Source of the DNA: Planctomycetaceae bacterium
GTDB lineage: Bacteria; Planctomycetota; Planctomycetia; Pirellulales; UBA1268
DNA: 64,000 bases
Assembly: GCA_947453375.1 (NCBI GenBank)
Contig: CANGGT010000001.1
Location: 11,381-75,380 of the forward strand
Reading direction: 5' to 3'
Shown here: positions 62,579 through 64,000 of the stretch, one piece after another
Layout of the letters: each line of letters opens with the position of its first letter
How positions within the stretch are numbered: position 1 is the stretch's first letter
Translations under genes and position numbers: made by a program
The notes under the pieces: model-generated
Seen by the model: only the letters and a program-made list of their open reading frames with translations
Databases searched by the model: none
Told to the model about the DNA's origin: nothing

Positions 62579-63826
62579 ATGCGCCTGCGACCCATCCCCC
62601 TCCTCCTCGGCATGTTGGCGTTGGCGATCCCCACGCCGGCCGTGGCCCAACAGCCGGCCACGACCAAGCCCCCGGCGGCCTCCCGCCATCCAATTCTCTC
62701 CGACGAGCCTCGACAAGAACCGCGGCCGATCCGCTCGCGCCACTTTTCTTTTCTCTCTGACGTCTCGGATCGCGAAGCAAAGCTCATTCTCGACAAGCTC
62801 GAGACGATGGTCGGCCTCCTCGAGCGCTACTTCGGTCGCCGCCAGCGCGGGGTGATCGAGGGCTTCATCGTCCACGATCTCGCCGTCTGGCCGGAGGGAG
62901 TGCTCACCGAGCCCCTCGGCATCGAGAAGATCAAGGAGCCGGCGGGGATCTGCTTCACGACCGTCCTCGGCCCCCATGCCAGAGCCGTGCTCTATGCCTG
63001 CGACGACCCCGGCATCATCCAGCACGAATGCACCCACGGCTTTTGTCATCTGACTTTTGGCGGCGTGGGGCCGCTGTGGCTCGCCGAGGGTCTTGCCGAG
63101 CTGGGGCGATGGTGGCGCGAGAAGGAGAAGGGGGTGAACGTCCCCCCGGTGATCCTCGCCCATCTCCATACCGCAGATCGCCCCACGCTTGCGGCGATCA
63201 CGGCCCCGAACCAGGCCCCTTCTAACGACTGGCGCGACTACACCTGGCGCTACGCGCTGTGCCAGATGCTGCTCGACAATCCGAACTACGCCGACCGCTT
63301 CCGGACGCTTGCCGGAGCGCTCATGGAGGGGCAGCCGGGCGTGTCGTTCGAGAGTGTCTATGGGCCGGTCGGCCGGGAGGTCGCCTTCGAGTTCGAGCAG
63401 TTCCTCACGCACGTGGGCAACGGCTACCGGGCCGATCTCACCGCCTGGCCCTGGAAAGCGAAGCAGCGAAAGCTCGCCCCCGGCGGCGTCGGCCGCGCGA
63501 AGGTGAAGGGGGCTGCCGGCTGGCAGGCCAGTGGCGTGGAGGTGGAGGCAGGGGCGGTCTACGTGATCACGGCCGAAGGAACATGTCGCCTGGCCGCCGA
63601 TGGCGAGCCCACGGGGCCGGAAGGGGATCCGGCCGGCCGCGGCCGGCTCGCAGGCGCGCTCTATAACGATTTCACCCTCGGCCCCGAAATCACGCTCGGC
63701 AGCCACGCGAGCTGGATCGCCCCGGCCGACGGCCTGCTCATGCTCCGCGCCGCCGACGCCTGGACAGAACTCGGCGACAACGACGGCACGCTCTCCATCA
63801 CCATCCGCCGCGGGGAGGCTCCTTGA
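62579..63826 (+). CDS. Secreted putative zinc metallopeptidase (HExxH; DUF1570-like) with a C-terminal beta-sandwich-like domain
   Basis: 415-aa track ORF. It has the signal peptide MRLRPIPLLLGMLALAIPTPAVA and an HECTH motif (IIQHECTHGFCH). The family assignment is tentative. Confidence 0.7.
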   Translation: MRLRPIPLLLGMLALAIPTPAVAQQPATTKPPAASRHPILSDEPRQEPRPIRSRHFSFLSDVSDREAKLILDKLETMVGLLERYFGRRQRGVIEGFIVHDLAVWPEGVLTEPLGIEKIKEPAGICFTTVLGPHARAVLYACDDPGIIQHECTHGFCHLTFGGVGPLWLAEGLAELGRWWREKEKGVNVPPVILAHLHTADRPTLAAITAPNQAPSNDWRDYTWRYALCQMLLDNPNYADRFRTLAGALMEGQPGVSFESVYGPVGREVAFEFEQFLTHVGNGYRADLTAWPWKAKQRKLAPGGVGRAKVKGAAGWQASGVEVEAGAVYVITAEGTCRLAADGEPTGPEGDPAGRGRLAGALYNDFTLGPEITLGSHASWIAPADGLLMLRAADAWTELGDNDGTLSITIRRGEAP

Positions 63827-64000
63827 TGTTTTCTGAGTTTCGCCGCCGTCTCGTTCTGATCCTGCCCGCGATCTTGGCCGGCTGCAGCGGTCCGCAGCCT
63901 GTCCCCCGCGACCCTCGCGCCAAGATCGAGCTCGATCTCGAGGCCCTCGACGCCGACGGCCTCCGCGGCCCCCCCGACGGCAAGGTGGCGGTCGACTACG
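63826..64000 (+). CDS. Lipoprotein (partial; runs off the right window edge)
   Basis: ATG 63826 overlaps the upstream stop (TGATG). My own translation gives MFSEFRRRLVLILPAILAGCSGPQPVPRDPRAKIELDLEALDADGL..., with the lipobox LAGC. There is no stop before the window end, so it is absent from the track. Confidence 0.5.
   Translation, partial: MFSEFRRRLVLILPAILAGCSGPQPVPRDPRAKIELDLEALDADGLRGPPDGKVAVDY

Overview
This is a very GC-rich bacterial chromosome segment. The gene content points to Planctomycetota, probably Pirellula-like: a YTV-repeat cell-wall protein, a PSCyt/DUF1549-DUF1553 + DUF1501 pair, a PVC-type CxxCH heme-binding protein, DUF1080 and a PEP-CTERM protein. I call 51 protein-coding genes, 3 rho-independent terminators, 2 short tandem repeats and 1 putative promoter/leader. 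I recognised no rRNA, tRNA, CRISPR array, transposase or integrase.

Layout:
- 1-20.8 kb: a glycan/terpenoid biosynthesis supercluster. It holds two GT61 modules, three GT4 domains, one GT2, an RgpF-like protein, four sulfotransferase(-like) modules and rmlA/C/D. It also holds a polyprenyl-PP synthase + small class II cyclase-like protein + UbiA prenyltransferase trio, and a Wzm/Wzt exporter whose ATPase is fused to a cytochrome P450.
- 20.9-30.5 kb: sucCD, and a lutA / lutBC operon split by an antisense unit (membrane-anchored GspE-like ATPase, CvpA-like Pro-rich protein, GT2).
- 30.5-35.2 kb: an envelope island with a PEP-CTERM protein, two cysteine-rich ORFs (one an 85-aa peptide with 19 Cys) and a YTV protein.
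- 35.3-50.1 kb: mostly housekeeping genes (bioF, FMO, mobA, aminotransferase, inositol-phosphate synthase, birA). This stretch also has a giant AsmA-like protein and a 19-codon Lys-rich micro-ORF with its own leader and terminator.
- 50.3-55.4 kb: two paralogous OMP-like genes followed by modABC.
- 55.5-64.0 kb: Planctomycete-specific heme-binding/PSD/DUF1501 genes, an HExxH protein and a lipoprotein.

Many long track ORFs are antisense or out-of-frame shadows, as expected at high GC. I re-set starts using family motifs, SD-like sequences and stop/start overlaps (ATGA at 6686, 14867, 29770, 37807, 54245; GTGA at 53541; TAATG at 23142; TGATG at 63826). All family assignments come from reading motifs by eye. 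No database search or structure prediction was run.
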